A stretch of 64,000 nucleotides of DNA. Source: Candidatus Bathyarchaeota archaeon (GTDB lineage: Archaea > Thermoproteota > Bathyarchaeia > Bathyarchaeales > Bathycorpusculaceae). Below the pieces are notes generated by a model. The model was not told where the DNA came from and did no database searches. It saw nothing but the letters and a program-made list of their open reading frames with translations. How positions within the stretch are numbered: the stretch's first letter is position 1; each line of letters begins with the position of its first letter. The DNA lies in the NCBI GenBank assembly GCA_963717465.1, contig OY970340.1, positions 2,432,001 through 2,496,000 of the forward strand. Direction: 5' to 3'. The position numbers and the translations under genes are program-made. Positions 11,262-20,086 of the stretch are shown here, piece after piece.

Positions 11262-12170
11262 CTAGTTAACTTCAGCAGTTGGTTGGATGCTAACTTCAGT
11301 AATTGGTTGGATGCTAACTTCAGTAATTGGTTGGATGGCGCGTATATTATTGACAGCCTTTTTAGGAATGAAACCAATCAGCCGCTTATTTTTAAACAGA
11401 TCTTCATAAGTGGATAAATAAAATAGCCCAAACGCAATTGTCAAATAGACCACTGGTAAAACTAGACCACTTTGGCTTATTGCTACAAAAAATGGATATT
11501 GAAATAGATAGATTGGGTAAGTTAATCGACTTAGTTTTCTTGTTATGGCAGGCGCCTTTTCAATTTTTAATGGCATATGAACAGTTCTAACCCCTACGAA
11601 GAAAACAAGAAGCATGACAGGTAATTCTAAGGCGCAAACGATTAAACTTGGTGATGTTGCAAATTGCATAAATTCTAAAATAAAAGCTACAGTAAAAATT
11701 GATATTGCTATCTTAAATGAAAGCTTATTGACCATGTAAATGCTGAAAAATACGTAACACAGCATTATGAATGGGACAAACCACAATGAAAACCAAGCTG
11801 TTCCTCCAGTGCTAAGGGATTGTAGTAGAAATAAACTGGAAATTTTATAGCTAGAGGTTAGTCCAGGGGTAACGCCGAACGTAAGTACAAGTGCTATCAG
11901 GTATAGCGGATACAGCCTGAAGAATCTTTTAATGACATACTTTACAGGATTAAAATTATCATTTGAAGTAGCTTTGGCCAGAAAACCAGCTGTGTAAGCG
12001 AACAAGGCTACTCCAGTTATACCAATAAGGCAAACAGGCCACTGAAAAACCGACGAAAGCGGGACAGAGAAAATAATAGAATGCTCAATAAGCACTAAGA
12101 TGACGCCTATTACCTTTAAGTAATCAACCGCGGCCGAGTCAGATTGCGTAATACTAGGTTTAGAGTCCAA
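11262..12170 (-). CDS. Acyltransferase-3 (OafA-like) membrane protein
   Basis: VDYLKVIGVILVLIEH, GVALF..AGF, KRFFRLYPLY, TYPIYLFQ motifs. Confidence 0.8.
   Translation of the reverse strand: MDSKPSITQSDSAAVDYLKVIGVILVLIEHSIIFSVPLSSVFQWPVCLIGITGVALFAYTAGFLAKATSNDNFNPVKYVIKRFFRLYPLYLIALVLTFGVTPGLTSSYKISSLFLLQSLSTGGTAWFSLWFVPFIMLCYVFFSIYMVNKLSFKIAISIFTVAFILEFMQFATSPSLIVCALELPVMLLVFFVGVRTVHMPLKIEKAPAITRKLSRLTYPIYLFQYPFFVAISQSGLVLPVVYLTIAFGLFYLSTYEDLFKNKRLIGFIPKKAVNNIRAIQPITEVSIQPITEVSIQPTAEVN
11267..11338. repeat. 3 x 24-bp coding tandem repeat
   Basis: Unit TAACTTCAG(T/C)A(A/G)TTGGTTGGATG(C/G), encoding IQPITEVS repeats. Confidence 0.9.
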
Positions 12171-12179
12171 GGTAATTAC

Positions 12180-12207
12180 TACAACCGATGAAATACAACC
12201 GATGAAA
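12180..12207. repeat. 2 x 14-bp tandem repeat TACAACCGATGAAA
   Basis: Exact duplication just upstream of the acyltransferase start. Confidence 0.85.
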
Positions 12208-12467
12208 ATCGATTATAGCCTTTGTGCGTATAAGCCTTTGACGCAAAATTTGCCATTATCAATTTTATGACTACCCAGCTAGTTACCCAAAATTACTCAG
12301 CTAATTACTCACAAACCGACATAGAATTATTGAATATCATCAAGACTTTGACCTTTGGAAAACATCAGCCAACTTGCCGTTTTAACCGCGATATAACTCT
12401 GTTATTTAAGGCGTAGGAAAGAAAAAAATGGATAATTTGCAGGATATCCCCCATTAGGGGATAAGAG

Positions 12468-12488
12468 CAAATCCCAGCGGCCCAACCA
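12468..12488 (+). repeat. tRNA-Pro 3' end copy 2
   Basis: CAAATCCCAGCGGCCCAACCA versus tRNA CGAATCCCAGCGGCCCCACCA (19/21). Confidence 0.9.
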
Positions 12489-12685
12489 CGACAATCCCGT
12501 CCCAAGAATGGTATATTTATTAACATCATTTTTTTCTGTGAAGGTTTTGCCTTAAATTGGCAAGGAATAGTTGACTTTCCTCCTCGATGAAAACATGTGT
12601 AGCCTTCTTTTAGTTCAGGCCTTCGGTTCGTCTTCGTAACATTAGAGACATATAGTCCAATAGCTTATCATGGAAATAGCAAAGG

Positions 12686-13636
12686 GTGAGTTGGTTGAGT
12701 GATCAGAACATTCGATTGAACATTCGATTGAGGGAAACCAAGCGTTTTGATATGCAACGAAGAGTTGTAGCGCACATGGTTTCGGAATCGTGGTACACTA
12801 TTCCACATGTTTCCTATCTATACGAGCCAGATATAACAGATTTTTATGAAGAATTTAATTCGCTCGCAGAAAATGGAGCTTTTTCCGGGCGCAAAATATC
12901 ATTCAATACTCTCATTATCCGTGTAATAGTCGAAGGCCTCCAATCTGCGCCGAACCTAAACGCTCTAGTTTCATATAACCATAAAAAAGGGGAAGGCGAA
13001 TTGCGAATTTGTGAAGACATCAATGTGGCCATCGCTTGGTTGTTGCCGGACGGAAGGATGATAACACCAGTAATTCTCAACACTGAATCAATGACCTTGG
13101 TTGAACTTTCCGAGGCTATCACCACATTAAAAGAAAAAGTAAAAAATACTAACATAGATGAATTACTTTATCAAGCAGCATATGCAGATACCGTAAAGGA
13201 ACTTAAGAAACTGCATCTAAATGTGCTTAGGCGAATTATAGCTTCTAAAATTAGTTTTCACCGAGTACAAGGACTTTCTGGAAGAAAAAAAGGAAGCTAC
13301 TATAAAATTCCTCAAGGCGATCGTCTAACAGAACAGAACCTGGTCAGCGGTACAGTAACTGTATCTAACATTGGATCACTATACAAAGAGCAAAAAGGAT
13401 ATTTCGGTATCCTTGAAATTATTCCGCCGCAAATTTTCACTATAGGTTTAGGGGCCATGCAGGAAAGACCTGGTGTTTATGTTACTAAGGACGGCGAGAA
13501 AAAAATTGGCGCCCGAAAGGTTCTCCCAATGTGTTTAGTTTTTGATCATCGCGCCATAGATTTTGGCTCAATAATTCCTTTTCTAAAAAAATTAGACGAA
13601 ATTTTCCTAAAACCCGATGCACTTGCTCAATTGTGA
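12686..13636 (+). CDS. Stand-alone 2-oxoacid dehydrogenase E2-type acyltransferase catalytic domain
   Basis: IPHVSY, GTVTVSNIGS, IIPPQ, LVFDHRAID motifs; no lipoyl domain. Confidence 0.85.
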   Translation: MSWLSDQNIRLNIRLRETKRFDMQRRVVAHMVSESWYTIPHVSYLYEPDITDFYEEFNSLAENGAFSGRKISFNTLIIRVIVEGLQSAPNLNALVSYNHKKGEGELRICEDINVAIAWLLPDGRMITPVILNTESMTLVELSEAITTLKEKVKNTNIDELLYQAAYADTVKELKKLHLNVLRRIIASKISFHRVQGLSGRKKGSYYKIPQGDRLTEQNLVSGTVTVSNIGSLYKEQKGYFGILEIIPPQIFTIGLGAMQERPGVYVTKDGEKKIGARKVLPMCLVFDHRAIDFGSIIPFLKKLDEIFLKPDALAQL

Positions 13637-13707
13637 AACTTATAAACGGTTAAAGCTTTTGTGAGCGATTCAACACTCGAACTAAGATATAAAATGGAAA
13701 GCTCATG

Positions 13708-13754
13708 GATGACGCCACCAAATAGCCAATGTTCAAATTCCAGCTGGTCCGCCA
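13708..13754 (+). repeat. 23-bp arm + degenerate tRNA-Pro 3' end copy 3
   Basis: GATGACGCCACCAAATAGCCAAT-GTTCAAATTCCAGCTGGTCCGCCA. Confidence 0.75.
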
Positions 13755-13905
13755 CTACTTAATACCTATTTGCTTCTTGCGTTACCAAGAATCTAGTTAT
13801 TACCGAAGAATTCTGTGCCACATCAATAATTGACTTCGGTGTTTCATAGGATGAAGAAGACAGGATGTCTGAAAATCACGAAACGCAATCGGACGGGTTT
13901 TCTGG

Positions 13906-14598
13906 CTATCTTAACAATTTGATAATTTCTTTGGCTGGCAACACCCTAGCAAAACCTTTTCGCAAGACTCTTAGTTCAGGTTCTTGCATGTCGGGATCAT
14001 CTGTCGAGGTTACATCGCTCCCGAAGACAACTTTGAAGCTTCTTTCGTAGGCTTGACGGGCGGTCACCCCACAGCAATAATTTGTTAGAGTGCCACAGAT
14101 AATAACAGTGTCCTTTCCCATGTTCTTAAGTATCGTCTCTAATTGCGTATCGTAAAAAGCGCCATAAGAAGCCTTGTGGATTACTACCTCATCGTTCCCA
14201 GGTGATAATTCATCCCAAATATGTCCTTCTACAAAAAAGGAAGACTGATCAACATTCAATTCTAAATAGCGATTAGGCATAGCAGAGCCAGTCTTTGGGC
14301 GATCAAGATAATTGTTAGTTTTTGAAAAGACAGTAAAAATGACAGGTATCTTTCTGCCTCTGCAATGTTCTATCAGTCTCTTTATGAGGGGGACCTGCAT
14401 GCTTGCTTCAGGAACCCAGAAAGGTGTCCACCCCGGCTTAACGAACTCGTCCTGCATGTCGATGACAAGCAAAGCGCATTTCTCAGGCAAAATTTCGAAG
14501 CCAGCAACACCTTTTGCGTAGGCGCGTTTGGCGAGAGCTAGAACTTGTTCTTGGGTGTATGATTTATCACTCACAGCTTTCCCCTCGAGAAATTTCAT
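13906..14598 (-). CDS. Isochorismatase-family cysteine hydrolase
   Basis: ALLVIDMQDEF, IHKASYGAFYDT, GTLTNYCCGVTARQA motifs. Confidence 0.9.
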   Translation of the reverse strand: MKFLEGKAVSDKSYTQEQVLALAKRAYAKGVAGFEILPEKCALLVIDMQDEFVKPGWTPFWVPEASMQVPLIKRLIEHCRGRKIPVIFTVFSKTNNYLDRPKTGSAMPNRYLELNVDQSSFFVEGHIWDELSPGNDEVVIHKASYGAFYDTQLETILKNMGKDTVIICGTLTNYCCGVTARQAYERSFKVVFGSDVTSTDDPDMQEPELRVLRKGFARVLPAKEIIKLLR

Positions 14599-14669
14599 TA
14601 GTCGCGCGAAAGCTTTTAGTTTTTGCTATTCTCTTAGGGCTTTTATATTTTCTGTTAAAGATTAAAAAG

Positions 14670-14715
14670 GGTGATTTCATCAAACGTCTGATGTTCAAAT
14701 CCCAGCGGCCAACCA
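14670..14715 (+). repeat. 23-bp arm + tRNA-Pro 3' end copy 4
   Basis: GGTGATTTCATCAAACGTCTGAT-GTTCAAATCCCAGCGGCCAACCA. Confidence 0.88.
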
Positions 14716-14907
14716 CAGGCTTATTTTTCCTAAACAACTTCTTGCCAACATTATAATTAACCAGGCACAATAAAGCTTGTTTTAGAATGGCACACTGCTT
14801 GGTCAGTATTTTGGCTGGTATGGTGTAATGGTTTTTGCTGCTTTGTTTTGTCTCGCGTTTAAAAACCGCATTCCCAACTTTATTTTCCGTTACCAGGAAC
14901 TTGGGTT

Positions 14908-15447
14908 TTAGCGGATGAACATCAAACCAAAATATGTTGGTTGTTGATTATGCGTTTTCAGAACGTCTATGTCAAAACCATTCTTCCTTGCTGTAGCATA
15001 AACGTCTATGCTGGAAGATTCCATTGAAGGTCGAGCCAACCGAGGATAATTGCAATGCTCAAGATTACATTTTTCGCAACGTTCACAGGGACCAGCTGGA
15101 AGCCCAAATGCAGAATGATACCCTGCCAGAAAAATATGCCTCTCCAATTTGGCAACCAAGTTGTGCGTCGCAACCGATTCATCGGGCAGTTTCATTAAAA
15201 TAGCGTTGGAATAACTTGCCAAAACCTGCCTCATCTTTTCAGGCGTAGGACTGTAAGGCGGACAAGTCAAGGATTTTCCAAATCCTCCACAGCCATACTG
15301 GCACTTAAGTCTTACCCAATCTTTGACAACAATACTCTTAGGATCAACCATTTTAGCATCAAGTACGCCCAATCGTTTCGCAAACTTGATAAAACCTTCA
15401 ATATCTTGCTCAAAACTCCTCTTGACCGTTGCGGTTTTCTTTTGCAC
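14908..15447 (-). CDS. DUF2284 metal-binding protein
   Basis: VRLKCQYGC..G.SLTCPP, GPCERCEKC, ARPSMES..IDVY motifs. Confidence 0.85.
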   Translation of the reverse strand: MQKKTATVKRSFEQDIEGFIKFAKRLGVLDAKMVDPKSIVVKDWVRLKCQYGCGGFGKSLTCPPYSPTPEKMRQVLASYSNAILMKLPDESVATHNLVAKLERHIFLAGYHSAFGLPAGPCERCEKCNLEHCNYPRLARPSMESSSIDVYATARKNGFDIDVLKTHNQQPTYFGLMFIR

Positions 15448-15664
15448 ACTGCAGCCCCCTACAACATCTTACGATGATTAAATATATAAAATGAAAAGAA
15501 ACCTGAGAGGCTGAGTGAAAAAATGTGAAGGGTACCTATTAGCCCTGTAGGCTTCGAGTTCCAATGGGCCTGGGACTCCATAGAGCCTAACTCTCTTCAA
15601 GTTTGGGGGTGAGTCCGCCCGATTCATCTTCAAACTGTTTCAAATAGTTCCAAGTGAAAATTTT

Positions 15665-15728
15665 AAAAAAAGGGAAAAACGGGTGATGCCACCGCACATC
15701 CGAGGTACAAATCCCAGCGGCCCCCACC
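15665..15728 (+). repeat. Arm + tRNA-Pro 3' end copy 5
   Basis: A-rich lead, then GGTGATGCCACCGCACATCCGAG-GTACAAATCCCAGCGGCCCCCACC; near-identical to 16510-16572. Confidence 0.92.
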
Positions 15729-15856
15729 GTGATAAAAGCACTCGTTTCATAGCTCTTTTGTCACAATCTGCCAGTTCGAAAATAACGTTCTTTTAAAGAA
15801 CCCTTCACATAGCTTATAAGTAAGAATATTCTTACTTCATTGATTGTGGAAGCAAA

Positions 15857-16114
15857 ATGGAAGCATCAACAACAAAGGTCTCCTCCAAAGGGCAAGTAGT
15901 GATCCCTGCGAACGTGCGAAAAGCTGCTAGCTTGAAGAAAGGCGAAAAAATCCTAGCAATAGCCATAGGTGACACCATCGTCTTGAAAAAAATAGTTGAC
16001 AGATCATTTGAGGAAACGATGAAACCAATTTGGGCCAGAGTTAGGCGAATGGGTCTTATGGAGGAAGAAATAAACGCCCTTATCGACGAAGCGAAAGCCA
16101 AAGATAGTTCTTGA
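15857..16114 (+). CDS. AbrB/MazE/SpoVT-family antitoxin
   Basis: TKVSSKGQVVIPANVRK motif; overlaps the downstream PIN gene. Confidence 0.9.
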   Translation: MEASTTKVSSKGQVVIPANVRKAASLKKGEKILAIAIGDTIVLKKIVDRSFEETMKPIWARVRRMGLMEEEINALIDEAKAKDSS

Positions 16115-16511
16115 TACAAATATTTGGGTTTCAGCGCTACTGTGGGGAGGAAAGCCTGCAGAGATCGTAAAAATAGCTGAAGAAGACAAAGTCTTAATCT
16201 TCACAACTGAAGAAATAGTTGCAGAAATCAGCCAAGTTTTAGCTTATAATAAGCTTGCGAAAATCTACGAAGCCGAAGGCGTACATCGCGACCAATTAAT
16301 GGAAATGGTGCTAAAAATTGCTAAATTAGTAAAGGCAACAAAAAAAGTTACGGTTGTTCTTGCGCATCCCGCCGACGATAAAGTAATAGAATGTTCCTTG
16401 GCAGCCAAAGCAGATTACATTGTAAGTGGCGACAAGCACATTCTCGCACTGAAAAGCCACAACAGAACAAAAATATTGTCTGCTAACGAATTTCTTGAGA
16501 GCATAAAATAA
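16086..16511 (+). CDS. PIN-domain (VapC-like) toxin lacking a canonical start codon
   Basis: Frame is open from ACG at 16086: KRKPKIVLDTNIWVSALLWGGKP...HPADDKVIECS..AKADYIVSGDKH. The ORF track shows only the last 70 aa. Confidence 0.85.
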   Translation, partial: TKRKPKIVLDTNIWVSALLWGGKPAEIVKIAEEDKVLIFTTEEIVAEISQVLAYNKLAKIYEAEGVHRDQLMEMVLKIAKLVKATKKVTVVLAHPADDKVIECSLAAKADYIVSGDKHILALKSHNRTKILSANEFLESIK

Positions 16512-16572
16512 AAAAGGAAAAAACAGGTGATGCCACGGCACATCCGAGGTACAAATCCCAGCGGCCCTACCA
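16510..16572 (+). repeat. Arm + tRNA-Pro 3' end copy 6 (distal end of array)
   Basis: A-rich lead, then GGTGATGCCACGGCACATCCGAG-GTACAAATCCCAGCGGCCCTACCA. Confidence 0.92.
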
Positions 16573-17002
16573 CAACGAACAGAGGCTATTATGTGAGCCT
16601 GCAGAAAACAACTGTAATAGAAGCAAGAGTGGGTTTTTATAAGTCCAAGAACTAAAAAATTGAAGGGACTAATAGAAAATGGGTCATTATGTGGGAATAA
16701 AGGAAAACGCTAAACCATTAATATTTGAGAGCGAAAAAGAACCTAACAAGGAAACGCACGCTCAATACGATATAGTTTACGGACCCTTCAAGAATAAAGA
16801 ATATGCAGAAAAGTACGTTAACACGATGGAACATGGTGTTTGCTGCCATCTGGGTTAACGCTCCCACAAATACCAAATTTTCAATTTTTTCAACAATCGA
16901 CACATGCTACCAACAGAGACATAATATTGTCTCTTAGCCAGTTTTCTCATCAATAAATTATCTTGAAAAAACTCAAATAACCCATTTTAAATTCTTTAGG
17001 TA

Positions 17003-18802
17003 GTGGAGAATAAACCGTTGATTGACAAGCCAGTTACATGGAACCTAACAGAATTTTTCAGCAGCATAACAGACCCCAAAATAAATCTGGCCATAGAAGA
17101 ACCTAAATCTTTGGCTGACAAAATTGAGAAGACTTATCGAGGCAAAATCGCCAAGTTGTCTGCGCAACAACTGCTTTCTTGTCTTCAAGAAATGGAAGCA
17201 TTCACTCTAAAATTTGGCGACTTAGCCTTGTACGCGAGTCTTTCATTTGCTGCAAACATGACACTGCCAGAAACGCAATCGCTAAATGACCGTGTTAGCA
17301 AACTTGATGCTGCCATTAGTAAGCAGTTAGCGTTTTTCTCTCTGGAGCTGGGCGCACTTGTTAAAGCTAAACCTCAGATTATCCAAGAGCCAGCTTTAGC
17401 TAATTATAAACATGTGCTTGAACGAGTCTTGCTTCGGGTTGAGCATCAGCTGTCTGAAGTTGAAGAGCAACTAATTATTGAAAAGGACCAGTTTGGCGTA
17501 AATGGTTGGGAAGAACTTCAGAGCAAGTGGCTTAACACCCGCATGTTCGAAGTAATGGTTATGGGCGAGAAAAAAACACTCTCATATGCAGAAGCAAACG
17601 GATTGCTTTCTCACCCAGACCGCTCAACCAGAGAATCAGCTAACCGATCGATTTATGGACTCTTGGGCAAGGATGGCGAGGTTTTCTCTTCATCTCTTCG
17701 GAACATATGCAATGACTGGGTGAATGTTTCTAAACGCCGCAAATACAGTTCCCCAATAGAATCAAGCATAATTGCAAACGATACCAAACAGAGCATCGTC
17801 GATAACTTGCTCGGCGTAGTTGAAGACGGTGTTAAGACTTATCAGCGGTATTTGAAACTGAAGGCTAAATTGATGGGGTTGCCAGTTTTGGGAAATCATG
17901 ATATCGTCGCACCCTTACCGGGCATGCCAGAATTAAAGTTTTCATTCAATCAAGCACAAAAACTAATAACTAAAGCTTACAGCCGCTTCGACAATCAATA
18001 CGTGGACGCAATTAAGGAAATGTTTGCTAAAAATCGCATCGACGCTCAACCCCGCTTTGGCAAACGCAACGGCGCCTTCTGCGCAAGCTACTATAATGGA
18101 AAATCAGCTTTTATTCTGGAAAGCTTCAACGGAACCTTAAGCGATGTCTTCACTCTGGCACATGAGCTTGGACATGCAACGCACGATTGGTATGCATCGC
18201 GAAGTCAAACGCTCATGAATACGGCTATGCCCTCAATCGTTGCTGAAACAGCATCAATTTTCGGCGAACTCCTACTTACCGACCAAATGATAGAAGACGC
18301 AAAAACAGATGCAGAACGCAAGATGGTGCTCTGCCATATCTTAGATGAAGCGGGCATGACAGCGTTTCAAGTGACGGCACGTGTCTGGTTCGAGCAAGCA
18401 CTCTACGATTCCATCGCAAAAGACGAGTTTTTGGATTACCCAACCATTTGTCGCCACTGGACAAAAAACCGTGACCGCATTTTCGGAAATGCAGTAGAAT
18501 GGTTCCCCGAAATGGAAGCAGAATGGACAATGAAACCGCACTATTTCATGGCGAATTACCGCTTTTACAATTACCCTTACGTTTACGCTCAAATGTTCGT
18601 TTATGCACTATACGAGAAATACCTGCAGGAACACAAATCCTTCGTACCTAAATTGAAAAAGGCCCTTTCAGCAGGCAGCAGCGTTTCGCCAATTGAAATT
18701 GGAAAAATAATGGACTTGGATGTCGCGGATCCAAATTTCTGGAAACTTGGGGTAAAAAGGTTTGAGCACTTTATTACCGAGCTAGAAAAAATTAAAATTT
18801 AA
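17003..18802 (+). CDS. pepF: M3B oligoendopeptidase F
   Basis: GKRNGAFC, TLAHELGHA, AETASIFGE, FYNYPY motifs. Confidence 0.93.
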   Translation: MENKPLIDKPVTWNLTEFFSSITDPKINLAIEEPKSLADKIEKTYRGKIAKLSAQQLLSCLQEMEAFTLKFGDLALYASLSFAANMTLPETQSLNDRVSKLDAAISKQLAFFSLELGALVKAKPQIIQEPALANYKHVLERVLLRVEHQLSEVEEQLIIEKDQFGVNGWEELQSKWLNTRMFEVMVMGEKKTLSYAEANGLLSHPDRSTRESANRSIYGLLGKDGEVFSSSLRNICNDWVNVSKRRKYSSPIESSIIANDTKQSIVDNLLGVVEDGVKTYQRYLKLKAKLMGLPVLGNHDIVAPLPGMPELKFSFNQAQKLITKAYSRFDNQYVDAIKEMFAKNRIDAQPRFGKRNGAFCASYYNGKSAFILESFNGTLSDVFTLAHELGHATHDWYASRSQTLMNTAMPSIVAETASIFGELLLTDQMIEDAKTDAERKMVLCHILDEAGMTAFQVTARVWFEQALYDSIAKDEFLDYPTICRHWTKNRDRIFGNAVEWFPEMEAEWTMKPHYFMANYRFYNYPYVYAQMFVYALYEKYLQEHKSFVPKLKKALSAGSSVSPIEIGKIMDLDVADPNFWKLGVKRFEHFITELEKIKI

Positions 18803-19061
18803 TTCCAAACCTAAACTGACTAACTCAATCAAAATGCCTTGTTATTCGCCAAGTATTTGAGGGCAGAAAAGAAAGATTGGATTCCGAGACTTAGCCTTCC
18901 ACCAATGTCTTCAGTTTGTTTATCTCATTAAAGCGCGCCGCGCTAATAAAAAATTCAAGCGCCACGCCACAAAATTCGTTAAATAATTTTTTTGTACGCA
19001 CGCGACCGACGAAAACTGCTGGTCCCACTATGGTGTCCGATACAGATAGGATCGATCATGT

Positions 19062-19493
19062 TCACTTCTTGGATGTGGGTATAACGCCGAGTTGCTGCAT
19101 CAAGCCCAGAGTGTCAGACCTTGACCAGACTTCCACGGCCTTACCACCGACGAAGCGGTAGATCTCGATTGCCCACGTCGATATTTTCTTATTGGTTGGA
19201 GGGATGCCCATAAATGCACCTTTATGGGTGCCAGTCATCGTATAGCGCAGAACTGCCTTGTCCCCTTCGACGACCATGTCGTCAATGGTGAAATGAACGT
19301 CTGGAAACGCGTCATAGATGGCGCTAAAATTCTGTTTTTGGTCATTGCGGCCGTGTGTAGCCCCGCCAGTGCCACTATGAAAGACGATATCAGTGGCGCA
19401 CGTCTCGTCTATTAAGGCCATGGCGGCCGCCTTCCCCTTGTTGCATTCCTCAATAACACGACGCCCGAGCGTCTTAAGATCTTTTGTCGACAT
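19062..19493 (-). CDS. SnoaL-like ester cyclase
   Basis: AFPDVHFTIDDMVVEGDKAV..GTHKGAFMGIPPTNK; visibly GC-richer than its neighbours. Confidence 0.9.
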   Translation of the reverse strand: MSTKDLKTLGRRVIEECNKGKAAAMALIDETCATDIVFHSGTGGATHGRNDQKQNFSAIYDAFPDVHFTIDDMVVEGDKAVLRYTMTGTHKGAFMGIPPTNKKISTWAIEIYRFVGGKAVEVWSRSDTLGLMQQLGVIPTSKK

Positions 19494-19690
19494 GACAAAT
19501 CACCCATTAATTGTTGTTAACTGCCTCACTATAAATAAATTTACCGCAAGTTTGCTGGCGAAACTAAAATTTAAATTTTCGCGATTATTTTTTCGAACAA
19601 TTACGGGATTAACTGAAAAACTGAAAAAAAGAAAACATTTAAGCGTTCCAAACGTGCTATTTATCTTAACTTAATTGAGGAGATAAGAGA

Positions 19691-20047
19691 ATGTCACAAG
19701 ATAAAGAACAATTTGGCGACGAAGTTATGAACCTTGTAGTAAAAAAACTCAACGATAAAAAATACAATGCAGAGGGTTGGGGACAAACAATTCAACTAGT
19801 TTTTAATGATATCGCAAAATGCTACAAAATGAAATTTGCAATGGATGGAGCCGTATCGATTGAAAAAATTCCGGCTGCGCAAATGAAAGAGGCAGATGCA
19901 ATTTCTACAGTCACATTTGACAAGGTGGAGACTTGGAAGGGCGTCGTTGATGGAGAAATTAATCCGATGGATGCAATAGATAGCGGTTCAATGGTTCTCG
20001 GCGGAGACATGAATGCGTTATACAAACTGATGCCTGCAATTGGTTAG
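19691..20047 (+). CDS. SCP2 sterol/lipid-binding domain protein
   Basis: WKGVVDGEINPMDAIDSGSMVLGGD, the typical SCP2 C-terminus. Confidence 0.75.
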   Translation: MSQDKEQFGDEVMNLVVKKLNDKKYNAEGWGQTIQLVFNDIAKCYKMKFAMDGAVSIEKIPAAQMKEADAISTVTFDKVETWKGVVDGEINPMDAIDSGSMVLGGDMNALYKLMPAIG

Positions 20048-20086
20048 CAAATTTCAAACAGAACATAATGTGAGGTAAGTTAAGTC

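Noticed and set aside
9938..16572. Repeats as a CRISPR array
   Set aside because: Intervals are 0.8-2.5 kb and contain genes, the repeats match a tRNA end, and no cas genes are present.
8013..16572. Integrase gene within the array
   Set aside because: No ORF shows tyrosine or serine recombinase motifs; very short relics cannot be excluded.
19012..19030. AAAACTGCTGGTCCCACTA as a further att copy
   Set aside because: Too degenerate, lacks the 23-bp arm, and lies beyond pepF.
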